A stretch of DNA of 24,037 nucleotides from a virus (lineage: Duplodnaviria > Heunggongvirae > Uroviricota > Caudoviricetes): the IMG/VR virus record IMGVR_UViG_3300035208_001992, one strand, 5' to 3'. This document shows, piece after piece, positions 9,169 to 18,840 of this stretch; position 1 is the stretch's first letter, and every line of letters begins with the position of its first letter. Both the position numbers and the translations under genes were made by a program. The notes under the pieces were generated by a model. That model worked only from the letters and a program-made list of their open reading frames with translations. It did not search any database and was not told the origin of the DNA.

Positions 9169-10080
9169 TTAGGCTGGTGCGAACTGCGCATAGTAGCGAT
9201 CGCGGCCGAGCTGCTCTTCAAGACGATCGAGCTCTTCGTTGAGCTCTGGATCGGGCTTCTTGACGTTCTTGATCTTGTCGATCGATTCCTTGAGCGCTTT
9301 CGCGTCTGTGCGATCGAGACGGCCCTTGCGATTCTTCGCAGCAGCCTTGAGAATTCCGTGAATGCCCATGATGAGAGCCAGCGTAGCCTTACGGCCGCGC
9401 TTGGACGCGATGATCTTCTCAACCATCTTGATCATGCGCAGAGTGTTGCTGGCTGTCGATGCTGTTGCAACGCTGTCTTGGAAGTCGAAGCCGACAAACG
9501 ACTCGCCATCTTCAAGCTCGCAAACAAGTTCGCTCGCACTAACGCGCTTGCCGTACTTGCGCCTCAGAGGACGATCACCGTAGAATTCCTTCTCGGCTTG
9601 CTGGCGTTGCTCACTTGGCATCCAACCGCGAGGACGACGAGGCTTTTCAGCAGGCGCGTCGCTCTTTGCTGAACCTGGAGGGGCACCAAAGCCTTCGTCA
9701 CTGACGAGCCACTTTTCGATTTCGTCGATGTCAGCTGCGTCAGAGCCTTGCTCGGTCTGCGAGCGCTTGAGCAGCGACTTGAGCTTGCCGAAGAACGACG
9801 TACTCTTCTTGAGCTGCTTGAACGTTGCCAAGATCGCAGCTTTCTGTCCATCAGACAGCTTCTTGCCGGCAGTGCGCAACCGAGCGAGCTCATAGATGCC
9901 ATAGAGCGCAGTGTAACCAATGCCCTTCAGACTATTGGTCTTGAGTGCCTTCTGCAAGGCTCGTACAGCGCGCAATGCGTCAGTCTTTGACGACGCAGTT
10001 GTTGCTGTTTCACGACGCGTTTCATAGCCGCGGGCGCGGAGCTCGCGCTCCATGATGTCGAGTGGGAACTGCATTGTCAT
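9169..10080 (-). CDS. Hypothetical basic protein (303 aa) with two internal helical repeats
   Basis: AAAGGA RBS (start may be ATG 10074); Lys/Arg-rich; duplicated module starting ATTAS / ATAS. Confidence 0.75.
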   Translation of the reverse strand: MTMQFPLDIMERELRARGYETRRETATTASSKTDALRAVRALQKALKTNSLKGIGYTALYGIYELARLRTAGKKLSDGQKAAILATFKQLKKSTSFFGKLKSLLKRSQTEQGSDAADIDEIEKWLVSDEGFGAPPGSAKSDAPAEKPRRPRGWMPSEQRQQAEKEFYGDRPLRRKYGKRVSASELVCELEDGESFVGFDFQDSVATASTASNTLRMIKMVEKIIASKRGRKATLALIMGIHGILKAAAKNRKGRLDRTDAKALKESIDKIKNVKKPDPELNEELDRLEEQLGRDRYYAQFAPA

Positions 10081-10089
10081 GATCCTTTG

Positions 10090-11517
10090 TTAGACTAGCT
10101 TGTGCATGAGAAACGATGTGTCGACTGCAATCGGATTGCCGAAGCGTCGGATGTCTTTGAAGATGATCACGTCATTGACGTTGTCGCGCGCAACTGACCA
10201 ATCACCATTGCAGATAATTGCCTCACGGATTTTCTGGCCACAGACACTTATGACGAGCGCCCAATCAGATGGGAACAGCTCTAAACGCTTGTCGCTGGTC
10301 TCAATGAGCCGGACAATAGGCGCGCCACGAAGCTTACGCATTGACTTCGGTCCATGCTGCTTTGGTGCGAGTGTCGGCAACGAGACTGAAGCAGCAACAG
10401 GCGCAAGCGTTGAATTTGTCTTGCAGACTTGCGTCGGGACAGGAGGAGTACTGCATGTCTTCGCGTCATTTGCACCATTTGCACAGGGTTCCACGTCCTT
10501 TGCCTCGTCAGTAATCAGGCGTTCACGGATTGCGCCCATACGAATTGCAAGCACGAACAAGCAACGCTTTACGTCGCTCAAACTGATCATGCCGCTTGCA
10601 ACAGCCTCACTGGCATGATCGCCAGTCAGTGTTAGAATGCTATCATCATTGCTATAGCCGCAAAGCGTGAAGCAATAGCCGTTGTTGTCGTCCATGCTGA
10701 TGAACGCACGAACATCCTTGAGCGTCAACTCGCGATCACTGTACCAAGCAGAGACGCCAGCGGTGACTGCATTTGCAGGGACATGCACGCGCTTGTTCGC
10801 TGTATCCCAGCGCATCAGAATCAATATCTTCTTCTCGCGTGCAAGCTTGTTGACAAGCACAGCGGCTTCACTTGGATTCGATTTGAATGCTGCGCTCAAT
10901 CGGCGATCGATTGAATCGAGCGAGAAGCGCTTGTCGCCAGGGACGTAGTAGTATTCGAGCTGGCCAAAGCCAACGGCTAACGCACGCTGGCTCTTGTATC
11001 CGGCTGCTTTCGGAGATGTCTTGATTCCACGGTAGACAGCATAGCCGCGCGTGACGCGCTTGCCTGTCTCTGAATCCTTGTTGACGCCCTTCTTCTTCTC
11101 AACGAAGCGGCGCACAGAATTGATGCGATCAAGAATCGCCTGATTGCCTTCACGCGTTGCTTTGCGCTCTGCCTTAGCAAGATCTTCGCTGGTGAGACGT
11201 TGACCTTTCTCAAGCTTGAGGTAACCGTGCAGTGAAACTTTGGCGTTTTCAGACGGAGCTGTACGTCCCGATTGATCTTCAACTGGGGCACGCTTCGCAC
11301 GTTCGACTACAGTAGTCGTTGCCACGCGCTTCTTGCCGAAGCCCTTCAAGCCAGGAATCGTCGACTTTGCGACGATGAGCCGACTGACGCGCGCAATGTT
11401 GTTCTTGCGAGTTTCGAAAGCAACGGCCTCAGCGAAGAGGCGAGATTCAAGGTCCATGAGACGTTTCTCCGCGGTGTATCCATTAAGAGTTGATGACAAG
11501 CGCAGCATAGTATGCAC
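10090..11517 (-). CDS. Hypothetical protein (~475 aa, basic N-terminal half)
   Basis: Long co-oriented ORF. Start uncertain (GTG 11517 or ATG 11508). Confidence 0.7.
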   Translation of the reverse strand: MHTMLRLSSTLNGYTAEKRLMDLESRLFAEAVAFETRKNNIARVSRLIVAKSTIPGLKGFGKKRVATTTVVERAKRAPVEDQSGRTAPSENAKVSLHGYLKLEKGQRLTSEDLAKAERKATREGNQAILDRINSVRRFVEKKKGVNKDSETGKRVTRGYAVYRGIKTSPKAAGYKSQRALAVGFGQLEYYYVPGDKRFSLDSIDRRLSAAFKSNPSEAAVLVNKLAREKKILILMRWDTANKRVHVPANAVTAGVSAWYSDRELTLKDVRAFISMDDNNGYCFTLCGYSNDDSILTLTGDHASEAVASGMISLSDVKRCLFVLAIRMGAIRERLITDEAKDVEPCANGANDAKTCSTPPVPTQVCKTNSTLAPVAASVSLPTLAPKQHGPKSMRKLRGAPIVRLIETSDKRLELFPSDWALVISVCGQKIREAIICNGDWSVARDNVNDVIIFKDIRRFGNPIAVDTSFLMHKLV

Positions 11518-11532
11518 TAACTTCAGTCTGAT

Positions 11533-11970
11533 TTACACTGAACTTCTTGTCAAGTGGCCGAGTTCTAGTGGGCGTACGCGCACGCGATCACTGCTGACTA
11601 TGCCGTCGCCGTCTTCTGTTTTGACGCCAAGTTCGTATTCGTATGCAGTTGGATCATCAGCAACTCGCGCAACGTCTAATTGCGTGATTGACGAAATGCG
11701 CTCGCTCGGTGTTGACGCTTTGTCCTGCTGTTGCAGTCGCTGCAAACGGCCAACACCTTGCGACAGCTCCATTGCAATGACGCTCTCACTTGCAGTTGGC
11801 GGCACGTAGCCCGGCGTTAGATGTGTGCCATAGTCACGAGTCGGATCATAATCAGATATGATCATTTCGGCGAGATCTTGACTCGTCTTGTCAGAGTCTT
11901 GCACTTGAGACATCCTGCCGTAGCCATCGAAGTCCCAGTCACCATTGCGCATCCCGATGGTTTTACTCAT
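11533..11970 (-). CDS. Baseplate wedge / sheath-initiator protein, T4 gp25-like (~145 aa)
   Basis: Start moved to ATG 11970 (GAGGT RBS; ATGAGTAA overlap). Size and pattern fit gp25/GPW-like proteins: NGDWDFDGYGR..V...DKTSQDL, YGTHL, ERISSITQLDV, DPTAYEYELGVKT. Confidence 0.6.
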   Translation of the reverse strand: MSKTIGMRNGDWDFDGYGRMSQVQDSDKTSQDLAEMIISDYDPTRDYGTHLTPGYVPPTASESVIAMELSQGVGRLQRLQQQDKASTPSERISSITQLDVARVADDPTAYEYELGVKTEDGDGIVSSDRVRVRPLELGHLTRSSV

Positions 11971-12208
11971 CGACAACCTCAAGTGAGAGCTTCGATGCTT
12001 GTGCTGCTGTAACGCGACGCTGCAACAGCTTATGCGCGCGCGAGATCTGCATGCTGAATTGTGGACGATCAGCAGCTGGAAGTTCACGACCAAGCTCTTT
12101 CAATTGGGCCACAACAACGTCGACGTGCTCTGGCTCTTCAACGAAGTCGATCGAGTTAGCAAGGATCATTGCACTTTCGGCTTCGGCGATTGTTGATTCG
12201 AATGACAT
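11963..12208 (-). CDS. Hypothetical protein (81 aa)
   Basis: AAGGGG RBS; fills the gap between neighbours and is coupled to the downstream gene. Confidence 0.7.
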   Translation of the reverse strand: MSFESTIAEAESAMILANSIDFVEEPEHVDVVVAQLKELGRELPAADRPQFSMQISRAHKLLQRRVTAAQASKLSLEVVDE

Positions 12209-12219
12209 GCATATACCCC

Positions 12220-13896
12220 TTATGAAATGAATTCGTGCTTGAACGTGAAGATTTGGAAATTGCCGGCGTGTTCACCGTTGTAGCGATTGCCAAACCGAAT
12301 GCGAGTCAATGTCTCGGGCATCAGCAATGTGTTGAGATCACGTTCAACAAGCAAGTCGCCGTTCAAATCAAGTCTTAGGTTCTTTGCTTCGTTGTCCCAG
12401 TACGCATTTATGCGGTAGCGCTCTCCATCAACAAGATGGATCACAGATGCAGAGCGCACAAACACTTGACCGAACGCGTCAGACGTGCCAAACTCAAACA
12501 ACCCGTTTGCTCGATGTCCGATCCAGAAGCCATTGCGGCCGCTTGCATCACGCGTGTCAATCAACAGCTGATGACCTGCAGATCCAGGAACGCCACCGTA
12601 CAGCGGAGCAAACTCAAGCGAGAAGCGCCCGAACGTATTGTCGAACGCGTTAGTCGTCTGTATTGACAACATATCAGCTTGCCGTACACCATTCGTTCGT
12701 GAGCCAGCGCAGCTCGCATATTCAAGCTGCGGGAAACCGGTGATGATCTGGCAGTAGTCGCCTGGATCAACGTTCGTCACCTTCAGCGCAACACGCATCA
12801 ATCCAGGCACTGCGGCTTGAGTCGACGGCTTTGCCCATGTAGCTGACGAGATACGAAGACCTGTATCGTGCCCAAGCTCTGTCCAATTGGATTCACGCAC
12901 AGTTGTTCCGTCGAGTTCAAGCAGCTCGATACCGAACCAGAACTTCGATGTGTTTCCTTCAGGCATCTTGAGCTCAGTGAAGCCTGATGCTGTGATCGTT
13001 TCGCCTGTCCACGATACTGCTTCGAAATTCAGTTGCCAAACTGTATTGATTGACTTGGCGTCTTGAATCGTGAAGCCAATGAGCTTTTCACTGAAGTCAG
13101 GCAAGTCATAGCTGATCTCGAGCACGTTGGGTGTGTTAGTAGCAGTCCAGTCCCAGCACTTTGTGAACAGACCAGATTTTGTGAATTCGTTTGAACCAGC
13201 GCCTTCAACGATCATTGACGCGTCAAGCAGCCAAGGTGCTTTGTTCACAGGTTGCAGCACAGGGCCAACGTTCGATGGCAGGTAGCGATTACCGCCACCA
13301 GCATACAGCAACGTTGCATTGCCGACTATGATAGGCTTACGCTCGCCGAAGTCGAGGTGTAGCACTGTTCGAAGATCCTTTTCGGAAACTACGATCCGTT
13401 TCGGTGGAGCTGTCTTGAGTGGATCATCTTCGCTTAGCGCACGTGGTTGTGCGAGTTGCGTTGGAAGCTTCTTCGGATGACGACCAGTGCCGTCGCGAAT
13501 CACAGGAGCGATTGCGCTAACAGTCCGAGTTGGTAGTACTAAGTCACAAGCAACCCACAGGTCGTCAGTGATCTCTTGTCGCGAAAACACAAGGATCCAT
13601 GAACCGTCACTACGTTGCATTGAAGAATCGAATTCGATCTCGCGTAGCAAGTAGTCCTCACGCGTGTCGAGCACACGATAGAGACCAACAACACCGCTTT
13701 CGATGTTGCTGATGTCAAGCTCAGGACGTGGTCCAATCGTCACGCGGACTTGATCAGTCTCAACTATGACTACGGCGCCAAGACCAAAAGCTTCGCTGTT
13801 GTCACGCGTACGAGAGAATGTCTCGATGCGCTCGGCAGCGTATGGATGGGCTCCAAGCCGTTGGCAAAAGAGTCCGAGTGACGGTGGTAGAATCAT
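12220..13896 (-). CDS. Virion structural protein (558 aa) with spike/fibre motif and C-terminal LamG-like beta-sandwich
   Basis: GAGGAG RBS. SMIVEGAGSNEF resembles the GLLIExxxTN motif of phage spike/fibre proteins; PQLE...SR....RQADML follows. C-terminal GRFSLEFAP...YRINAYWD...LDLNG...IRFGNR pattern. Confidence 0.55.
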   Translation of the reverse strand: MILPPSLGLFCQRLGAHPYAAERIETFSRTRDNSEAFGLGAVVIVETDQVRVTIGPRPELDISNIESGVVGLYRVLDTREDYLLREIEFDSSMQRSDGSWILVFSRQEITDDLWVACDLVLPTRTVSAIAPVIRDGTGRHPKKLPTQLAQPRALSEDDPLKTAPPKRIVVSEKDLRTVLHLDFGERKPIIVGNATLLYAGGGNRYLPSNVGPVLQPVNKAPWLLDASMIVEGAGSNEFTKSGLFTKCWDWTATNTPNVLEISYDLPDFSEKLIGFTIQDAKSINTVWQLNFEAVSWTGETITASGFTELKMPEGNTSKFWFGIELLELDGTTVRESNWTELGHDTGLRISSATWAKPSTQAAVPGLMRVALKVTNVDPGDYCQIITGFPQLEYASCAGSRTNGVRQADMLSIQTTNAFDNTFGRFSLEFAPLYGGVPGSAGHQLLIDTRDASGRNGFWIGHRANGLFEFGTSDAFGQVFVRSASVIHLVDGERYRINAYWDNEAKNLRLDLNGDLLVERDLNTLLMPETLTRIRFGNRYNGEHAGNFQIFTFKHEFIS

Positions 13897-13913
13897 TGTG
13901 TCTCCTCAGCAGC

Positions 13914-14303
13914 TCAAAGGCTGTTGAGCTCTTCCTTCGACTTGTCTGAAAGGCGTGACCAGTACAATCCCTTGAGTGCCTTGACACCTGCAATAAGAAC
14001 CTTCTTGGTCTCTGGATCAGGAGCTGTTTGCGCCCACTTGATTGCAAGCTTCAGCAAGCCTGCAGCGCGCGAGTTAGCCATCTTGCCATACTTTGGCAGT
14101 GGCTTCTTCAGCGCTGGTTTCGGGACAACAGGACCCTTCTGCTTTGGCGCAGGCATAGGCTTGCCTGGCTTGGTTGGGATCTTCGGCAGTTGACCTGTGC
14201 GCTGCACTGGCTTTTCTTCACGCGGCATCATGTTGTGTGACTGATTTGTCGACCGCGCAACGACGCGAAAGCCGAGAGCAGCCAAATCTGACGTTGTGCT
14301 CAT
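13914..14303 (-). CDS. Small Lys/Pro-rich basic protein (129 aa) with shared leader (LGFRVVARS)
   Basis: GGAG RBS, ATGA overlap; low-complexity PKIPTKPGKPMPAPKQKGPVVPKPALKKPLPK segment. Confidence 0.7.
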   Translation of the reverse strand: MSTTSDLAALGFRVVARSTNQSHNMMPREEKPVQRTGQLPKIPTKPGKPMPAPKQKGPVVPKPALKKPLPKYGKMANSRAAGLLKLAIKWAQTAPDPETKKVLIAGVKALKGLYWSRLSDKSKEELNSL

Positions 14304-14821
14304 TTCTTACTCCGTGATTTCTTTGGTGGGTTGAACACAGGGCTTGACATAAGATCGATTTTGTCAAGAGTCTTTTGTACAATACCTGTCTTCTTGACTG
14401 CATCGACAAGCTCTCGAATCGACGACGGAACTTTCATGTCTTCACGATAAAGCTCGTCAAGCTCATCAGATTTTGTATGACCGTTCGCGTAGTATCTGTC
14501 AATGTTTGCAGTGACTGAAACTTCGATTGTGATCGTGCTACCAACTTCGAATTCTGTTAGTGCGTGACCATCAATGCGTGGCTCATAGAATATGATGTAC
14601 ACATTCCATGTAACTTCTGGATCGCCATCAGTGCAGGTTGAGCCAGAGAGTTCACCTTTAGAGTTTTCGAAGTAATCAAGATCGACGCGGTTGTTGCTCA
14701 ACATCGCTGCTACTTGACTCTTAGAAATCTTCGTCAGGTCAAGAACAATGTTTGACTCTGAAGCCACGCGAGAGACAACTTTGAAGCCTAGCTTGTTTAT
14801 GAGAACGTTGGCTAAGCGCAT
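14300..14821 (-). CDS. Hypothetical protein (173 aa) with shared leader (LINKLGFKVVSRVASE)
   Basis: TGATG coupling to the upstream gene; leader motif at 14756-14821. Confidence 0.75.
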   Translation of the reverse strand: MRLANVLINKLGFKVVSRVASESNIVLDLTKISKSQVAAMLSNNRVDLDYFENSKGELSGSTCTDGDPEVTWNVYIIFYEPRIDGHALTEFEVGSTITIEVSVTANIDRYYANGHTKSDELDELYREDMKVPSSIRELVDAVKKTGIVQKTLDKIDLMSSPVFNPPKKSRSKK

Positions 14822-15951
14822 CAGTCAAGATTCTGCTTGATCCAGAGACCGACTGCATCGCTGAAAGCGCGCCGGAACCTGAACTTCAGTTTTGATGAGA
14901 GCTGCGCGTCTAACGCAGCGAGTTGTACGTTCGCAGCTGCGCGAGTCTTCCACCAACGCACTGCATCTGACACTGAGTCATTGTCACGAAGAACGTCCTG
15001 CAATTCGTTGCAGAACTTGTCAATGAGAACGCTTAGTGCTGGCGCTGCATCACCTTCAAATGCCTTCACACGAACGATGTCATGCGGGTCTAACGTTGGC
15101 AGCAGCTTTGCTCTGTTTGACCTAGCTATACGGAGTAGGAACGTCATTGCGGTTCCTGGAATCTCAGCATGACCAATGCTCTTCAGCACACGCTCAAGCG
15201 CATCAATCGGATCGACAAAGCCCTTTGCACGCAATGCTGCATTGACGCGATCAAGTAAGTCACCTTGCAACCGAAGCTTTGCTTTGTCACCAGTCTTGCC
15301 ATCACGAGAGTTGAATGTGCCACGTTCTTTAGCAAGCTCAGCCTCACGAGCTTTCAATGCAGCCAAACGCTGAGCCACTTGCTGCGGATTTGACGTTGGC
15401 ATGAGCTGCGATCGATCATTTGGTTGCGCAACTGGCTGTTGTGCGTGCCAAGCCTCGATCAGGCGTTTCACCGCGTTAGCGCGATTTTGGAGCTTTTCGA
15501 CATGGAAGGCGAGCTGACCAGCACGAGCAGCGAGACTGTCAAGCTGCTTCTCGTAAACGATCTTTGTCTGCGCGAATTTGGCTTTGTAGTGCTTACGTAG
15601 CTGAATGTCAGCAAGCGAAAGCCGGTTTAGACCGATGTCTCCGAGTGACACAAGTTGCTTTGCGACAGCTTTGCTGATCTTAGCTGGGATAAGATCAAGC
15701 TGCTTCTTGTACTCAGCGCGTGTTGCGTCGACTTCGCGCGTGAGTTCATTGATCTTTGCAATCTTCGTATTGACGCTAGCAAGTTCTTCAGTCAGTGCCT
15801 TGACCTTGTCTGTGTCCAAGTTCTTGACCAACTCGATGCTCTGCAGACGGCGTTCGAGACCTTGGCGCTCTTGCTTGAGCGCGTCTTCACGCGAATCGAA
15901 ATCAGCGATGCGACGATCGATTTCTCGAAGCTGGATATATGGCTCTGGCAT
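14821..15951 (-). CDS. Coiled-coil protein (376 aa)
   Basis: GAGGA RBS; long heptad-like E/K/L/Q-rich N-terminal 170 aa; Q/P linker; helical C-terminal domain. Confidence 0.75.
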   Translation of the reverse strand: MPEPYIQLREIDRRIADFDSREDALKQERQGLERRLQSIELVKNLDTDKVKALTEELASVNTKIAKINELTREVDATRAEYKKQLDLIPAKISKAVAKQLVSLGDIGLNRLSLADIQLRKHYKAKFAQTKIVYEKQLDSLAARAGQLAFHVEKLQNRANAVKRLIEAWHAQQPVAQPNDRSQLMPTSNPQQVAQRLAALKAREAELAKERGTFNSRDGKTGDKAKLRLQGDLLDRVNAALRAKGFVDPIDALERVLKSIGHAEIPGTAMTFLLRIARSNRAKLLPTLDPHDIVRVKAFEGDAAPALSVLIDKFCNELQDVLRDNDSVSDAVRWWKTRAAANVQLAALDAQLSSKLKFRFRRAFSDAVGLWIKQNLD

Positions 15952-15954
15952 ATG

Positions 15955-16326
15955 TTAGTCCTCGTTCGCGGCTCTGCTGTCAATCTTCTTGACAACAGCA
16001 AAGATGTGATCAATGTCTTTGATGAGCTTTGACTCAAGCTCAGTCTCGTTATACTCGATCGAGTGCTTGTCTAAATTTGGAGGAGTGGCGTCACTCAGCT
16101 TTCTGTCACAGATCACTAGACATGGACGGCTGACGTCGCCCCAGCCGTCAATGCTGATTCCGTATCGGTAGTGTTCAAAGATGAGCGTGCCGAACTTGTC
16201 AAACGAGTAGTTGCCAATTTTGAATGGCTTCTTGCGTTTGATCAAATTCTTCAGATCAATCTTCTTAGGCTCTGCTGCAACGCGAGCAACAACGAGCTTA
16301 TGCTTGCTCGCAATCTGCGTGATCAT
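15955..16326 (-). CDS. Hypothetical protein (123 aa) with shared leader (IASKHKLVVARVAAE)
   Basis: ATGA overlap; leader at 16270-16326. Confidence 0.75.
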   Translation of the reverse strand: MITQIASKHKLVVARVAAEPKKIDLKNLIKRKKPFKIGNYSFDKFGTLIFEHYRYGISIDGWGDVSRPCLVICDRKLSDATPPNLDKHSIEYNETELESKLIKDIDHIFAVVKKIDSRAANED

Positions 16327-17543
16327 GGCATCAGTCCTATGAGCTGAGCAACGCCCAGCAATGAAGGTGGAACGCCGCCGTTGTTGTCTGAACCTGTCGA
16401 ATCGATCTTGTACACGCGATTGTACGAAGATGCAGGCAAGCGATATGGGCGCACGCCAGCAACGCCAACGCGAGACGATTGACGGTTCAACATGTACTTA
16501 GCTGGCGTGCAATGCGTGTTAATGTAGTCAGTGAAGCCCTGGATCGCAGAGTCGATGACGCCTGTCTGGTCATAGTCCAAAGTCACGCTTTGGCCTGAGA
16601 AGTTGAACGCTAAATTTCCAAGTAGCAAGCGCTGAGATTGCAGCAAGTATTGCGATGCGAACAACACCCAGAACGTGTCCAAGCCTTCAGGGAACATCTC
16701 AGCAGTGTAGCCAGAGATCGGGTACCACTGATTCAAGTTGCCGAGGCCACGCACGAGTGACTCAACGACGTCGCCATCACTGATATGTTGTGCAGTACCA
16801 AACCGATGCTGGAAGCGGTCGACCAAGAATCGCACAGAAGCAATCTTGCTGAAGCCCTTCTTTTGGATCGTACGCATCTGCTGGTATTCTTGCTGTAGCT
16901 CAGACACGGCTGTCTCACGCGCACTCCAAAGGATCGTGAACGAGTTGTCGAACACCGTGTCTGCACGCAAGTTAGCTGATGGGATATCGTAGTAATAAGC
17001 GATGCTGTCGCCGTCCACAACGCGAGTCATAGCCGCTTTGTCAACTGCAGCTGCAAGTGGAGCGCCACTCAAGTCATCTGGATCTTTTGTACGGAAGCAT
17101 TCAAGTGACAGCTCGGCTGGATCGAAATCACCACGCCAAATAGCGCGATACGAACGGCCAGCAAGAGACACATCGATGATGTTGCGTCGGCCAGAGCCTG
17201 TGAGCTGCTTGTCAACTACGTTGAAATCGAATGTCTTCACGTACTGGTGACGACGCTTTGTGACGATCGTGACTTCGAGCTGCCATGCACGATCATCATT
17301 CGAAAGCTCAGCCTGCAACGGGATTGTCCATTGTACTTGATACGAGCCTGGAGTACTGACAGCTGTTGCTACACCAGTCTGCACTTGCACGCCTGACGGC
17401 GAGATGAATGCATATGCTGGGTATTGCGCACTGTCGAGCAAATCGACTGGCGCTCCAGTCGGCGTCACGAATGAGAACTTGAAGTCAGCTAGTTGTCCTA
17501 GCTGCCAAGTTGATCTCGTCCGTTGTGAGTTAGGATCAGACAT
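16323..17543 (-). CDS. Putative head-tail adaptor (neck) protein with N-terminal Ig-like domains (406 aa)
   Basis: N-terminal beta-rich domains (FVTPTGAPVD...PGSYQVQWTIP). Helical C-terminal domain VRFLVD...ISDGDVVESL..GLGNLN...FP...A..YLL...FNFSGQSVTLDYD is reminiscent of head-tail adaptors of large phages. Confidence 0.5.
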   Translation of the reverse strand: MSDPNSQRTRSTWQLGQLADFKFSFVTPTGAPVDLLDSAQYPAYAFISPSGVQVQTGVATAVSTPGSYQVQWTIPLQAELSNDDRAWQLEVTIVTKRRHQYVKTFDFNVVDKQLTGSGRRNIIDVSLAGRSYRAIWRGDFDPAELSLECFRTKDPDDLSGAPLAAAVDKAAMTRVVDGDSIAYYYDIPSANLRADTVFDNSFTILWSARETAVSELQQEYQQMRTIQKKGFSKIASVRFLVDRFQHRFGTAQHISDGDVVESLVRGLGNLNQWYPISGYTAEMFPEGLDTFWVLFASQYLLQSQRLLLGNLAFNFSGQSVTLDYDQTGVIDSAIQGFTDYINTHCTPAKYMLNRQSSRVGVAGVRPYRLPASSYNRVYKIDSTGSDNNGGVPPSLLGVAQLIGLMP

Positions 17544-18816
17544 GGATTTCTCTTCCCTGCTTGATTATGTGCGCCGATGGCGTAGTTGCTGTGGTCAAGC
17601 TATGCTTCTGCATATACGGTAGCAAGAAGACAGCAACCTTATTGATGACTGCTTGAAGATCGACAGGCACGCGAGTCTTAGCTGAACGAACCTTGCTGGA
17701 ACCATCGCTAATTGACACTGAATTAGTTCGTGGCCCTTGCATACCAATGATGATGTCACCTGTTTCAGGCGCGATATGCAACTGGACGCTAGAAATCATC
17801 TTGCCGTCTTGTTCCACGCGCGGCGATGCGTATTTCACGTAAAAGATCGATCTTGTCTCAAGACTCATTGATCGATCACTTATGGACGGTGCAATATGTC
17901 TATTGCCCAAATAGTTGCGTGATGCCTTCACGCGCCAAAGCATCACGTCATTGATCGCGACTGCGTTTGGCCATGCTTTTGCTTCGTGGCTTTTCAGAAC
18001 GCGTTCACGCTTTCGATTGAGATATTCACGGCGTAGATCTTCAACTTGTTGTTTGATCGCGTCAACGTCGATATTGCCTGACACGAAACGCATGGCCTCT
18101 CTAAATTCGATGTTGTTGAACGTTCTATGTTCACTTGAATTGACGCGAAATTCATGAGCTAAACGCGTACCAACATAGTCGGCGTCTACGTCTACACTAA
18201 TCGTTATGAACGCAGCTCCCATACCTTGATGTGATTGAGCTATCTCAACATAAATGTCTATGTATTGGTCAGGTTTGAGTCGATATCTTATGCTGCCAAT
18301 GTTTGATGACTGCTCAAATCGATGGCCGTTGACGTTCAGTGACTGCGGCACGTTGCTGAAGAAATCGCTGAATGAAGCTAACTGGTGCTCGCCTCCAACA
18401 CGCGCAATCACGCGCATATCATGCTTAGCTGCAATGCTAGCTACAGCCGATTTGATTGGTGCACCGTAGCTGATAAGCATAGAACGTAAGGCATGTCCAA
18501 GTATTGCAAGGTCGACAGTTGATTCTAACTTGTGTGTTGAACGGTCGCCGCTGCTTAATAGAACAGTCGCTTTTCTGTTTTTGTCTTGCCAGATCATAAT
18601 GTCAGTGTCGTACGCGCGTCCAGCGTACTTGTTCTTGTGACGCTCGAATATCACTAGCGCGTCTTCATCACGTGGCAAATCTACGTGTTTGAACGCATTG
18701 CGTAGCCGCACAGAAAATGAACGAGGCTTGTCGTTGAATACAGTGCTAAATCGTGCCTTCTCATCATAGGCAACCAACGTGTCTTCACTTGCTGTGCGCG
18801 CAACTGCAACGTTCAT
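17536..18816 (-). CDS. Multi-domain hypothetical protein (~426 aa) with two copies of the shared motif
   Basis: Start moved to ATG 18816 (GGAG at 18822-18825). Motifs VAVARTASE (18784-18816) and IAAKHDMRVIARVGGE (18388-18435). Confidence 0.75.
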   Translation of the reverse strand: MNVAVARTASEDTLVAYDEKARFSTVFNDKPRSFSVRLRNAFKHVDLPRDEDALVIFERHKNKYAGRAYDTDIMIWQDKNRKATVLLSSGDRSTHKLESTVDLAILGHALRSMLISYGAPIKSAVASIAAKHDMRVIARVGGEHQLASFSDFFSNVPQSLNVNGHRFEQSSNIGSIRYRLKPDQYIDIYVEIAQSHQGMGAAFITISVDVDADYVGTRLAHEFRVNSSEHRTFNNIEFREAMRFVSGNIDVDAIKQQVEDLRREYLNRKRERVLKSHEAKAWPNAVAINDVMLWRVKASRNYLGNRHIAPSISDRSMSLETRSIFYVKYASPRVEQDGKMISSVQLHIAPETGDIIIGMQGPRTNSVSISDGSSKVRSAKTRVPVDLQAVINKVAVFLLPYMQKHSLTTATTPSAHIIKQGREIHV

Positions 18817-18840
18817 CATGTCTCCGAATTGAAGCGTCAA

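Noticed and set aside
11360-11405. NNIARVSRLIVAKS in the 475-aa protein (and ARTARLAMSAE in the 189-aa protein) as extra tag copies
   Set aside because: Spacing and the terminal Glu do not fit the consensus; they may be degenerate but are not counted.
11971-12093. N-terminal extension of the 186-aa track ORF 11533-12093
   Set aside because: It overlaps the 81-aa gene; ATG 11970 has an RBS and stop/start coupling.
14821-15951. SMC, tape-measure or scaffold assignment for the coiled-coil protein
   Set aside because: No Walker motifs, too short for a jumbo-phage tape measure, and coiled-coil composition alone is not diagnostic.
18817-18840. TTG start at 18840 (similarly TTG 7884 and GTG 4120)
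   Set aside because: These starts abut hairpins or overlap the RBS; the downstream ATGs have properly spaced GGAG/GAGG.
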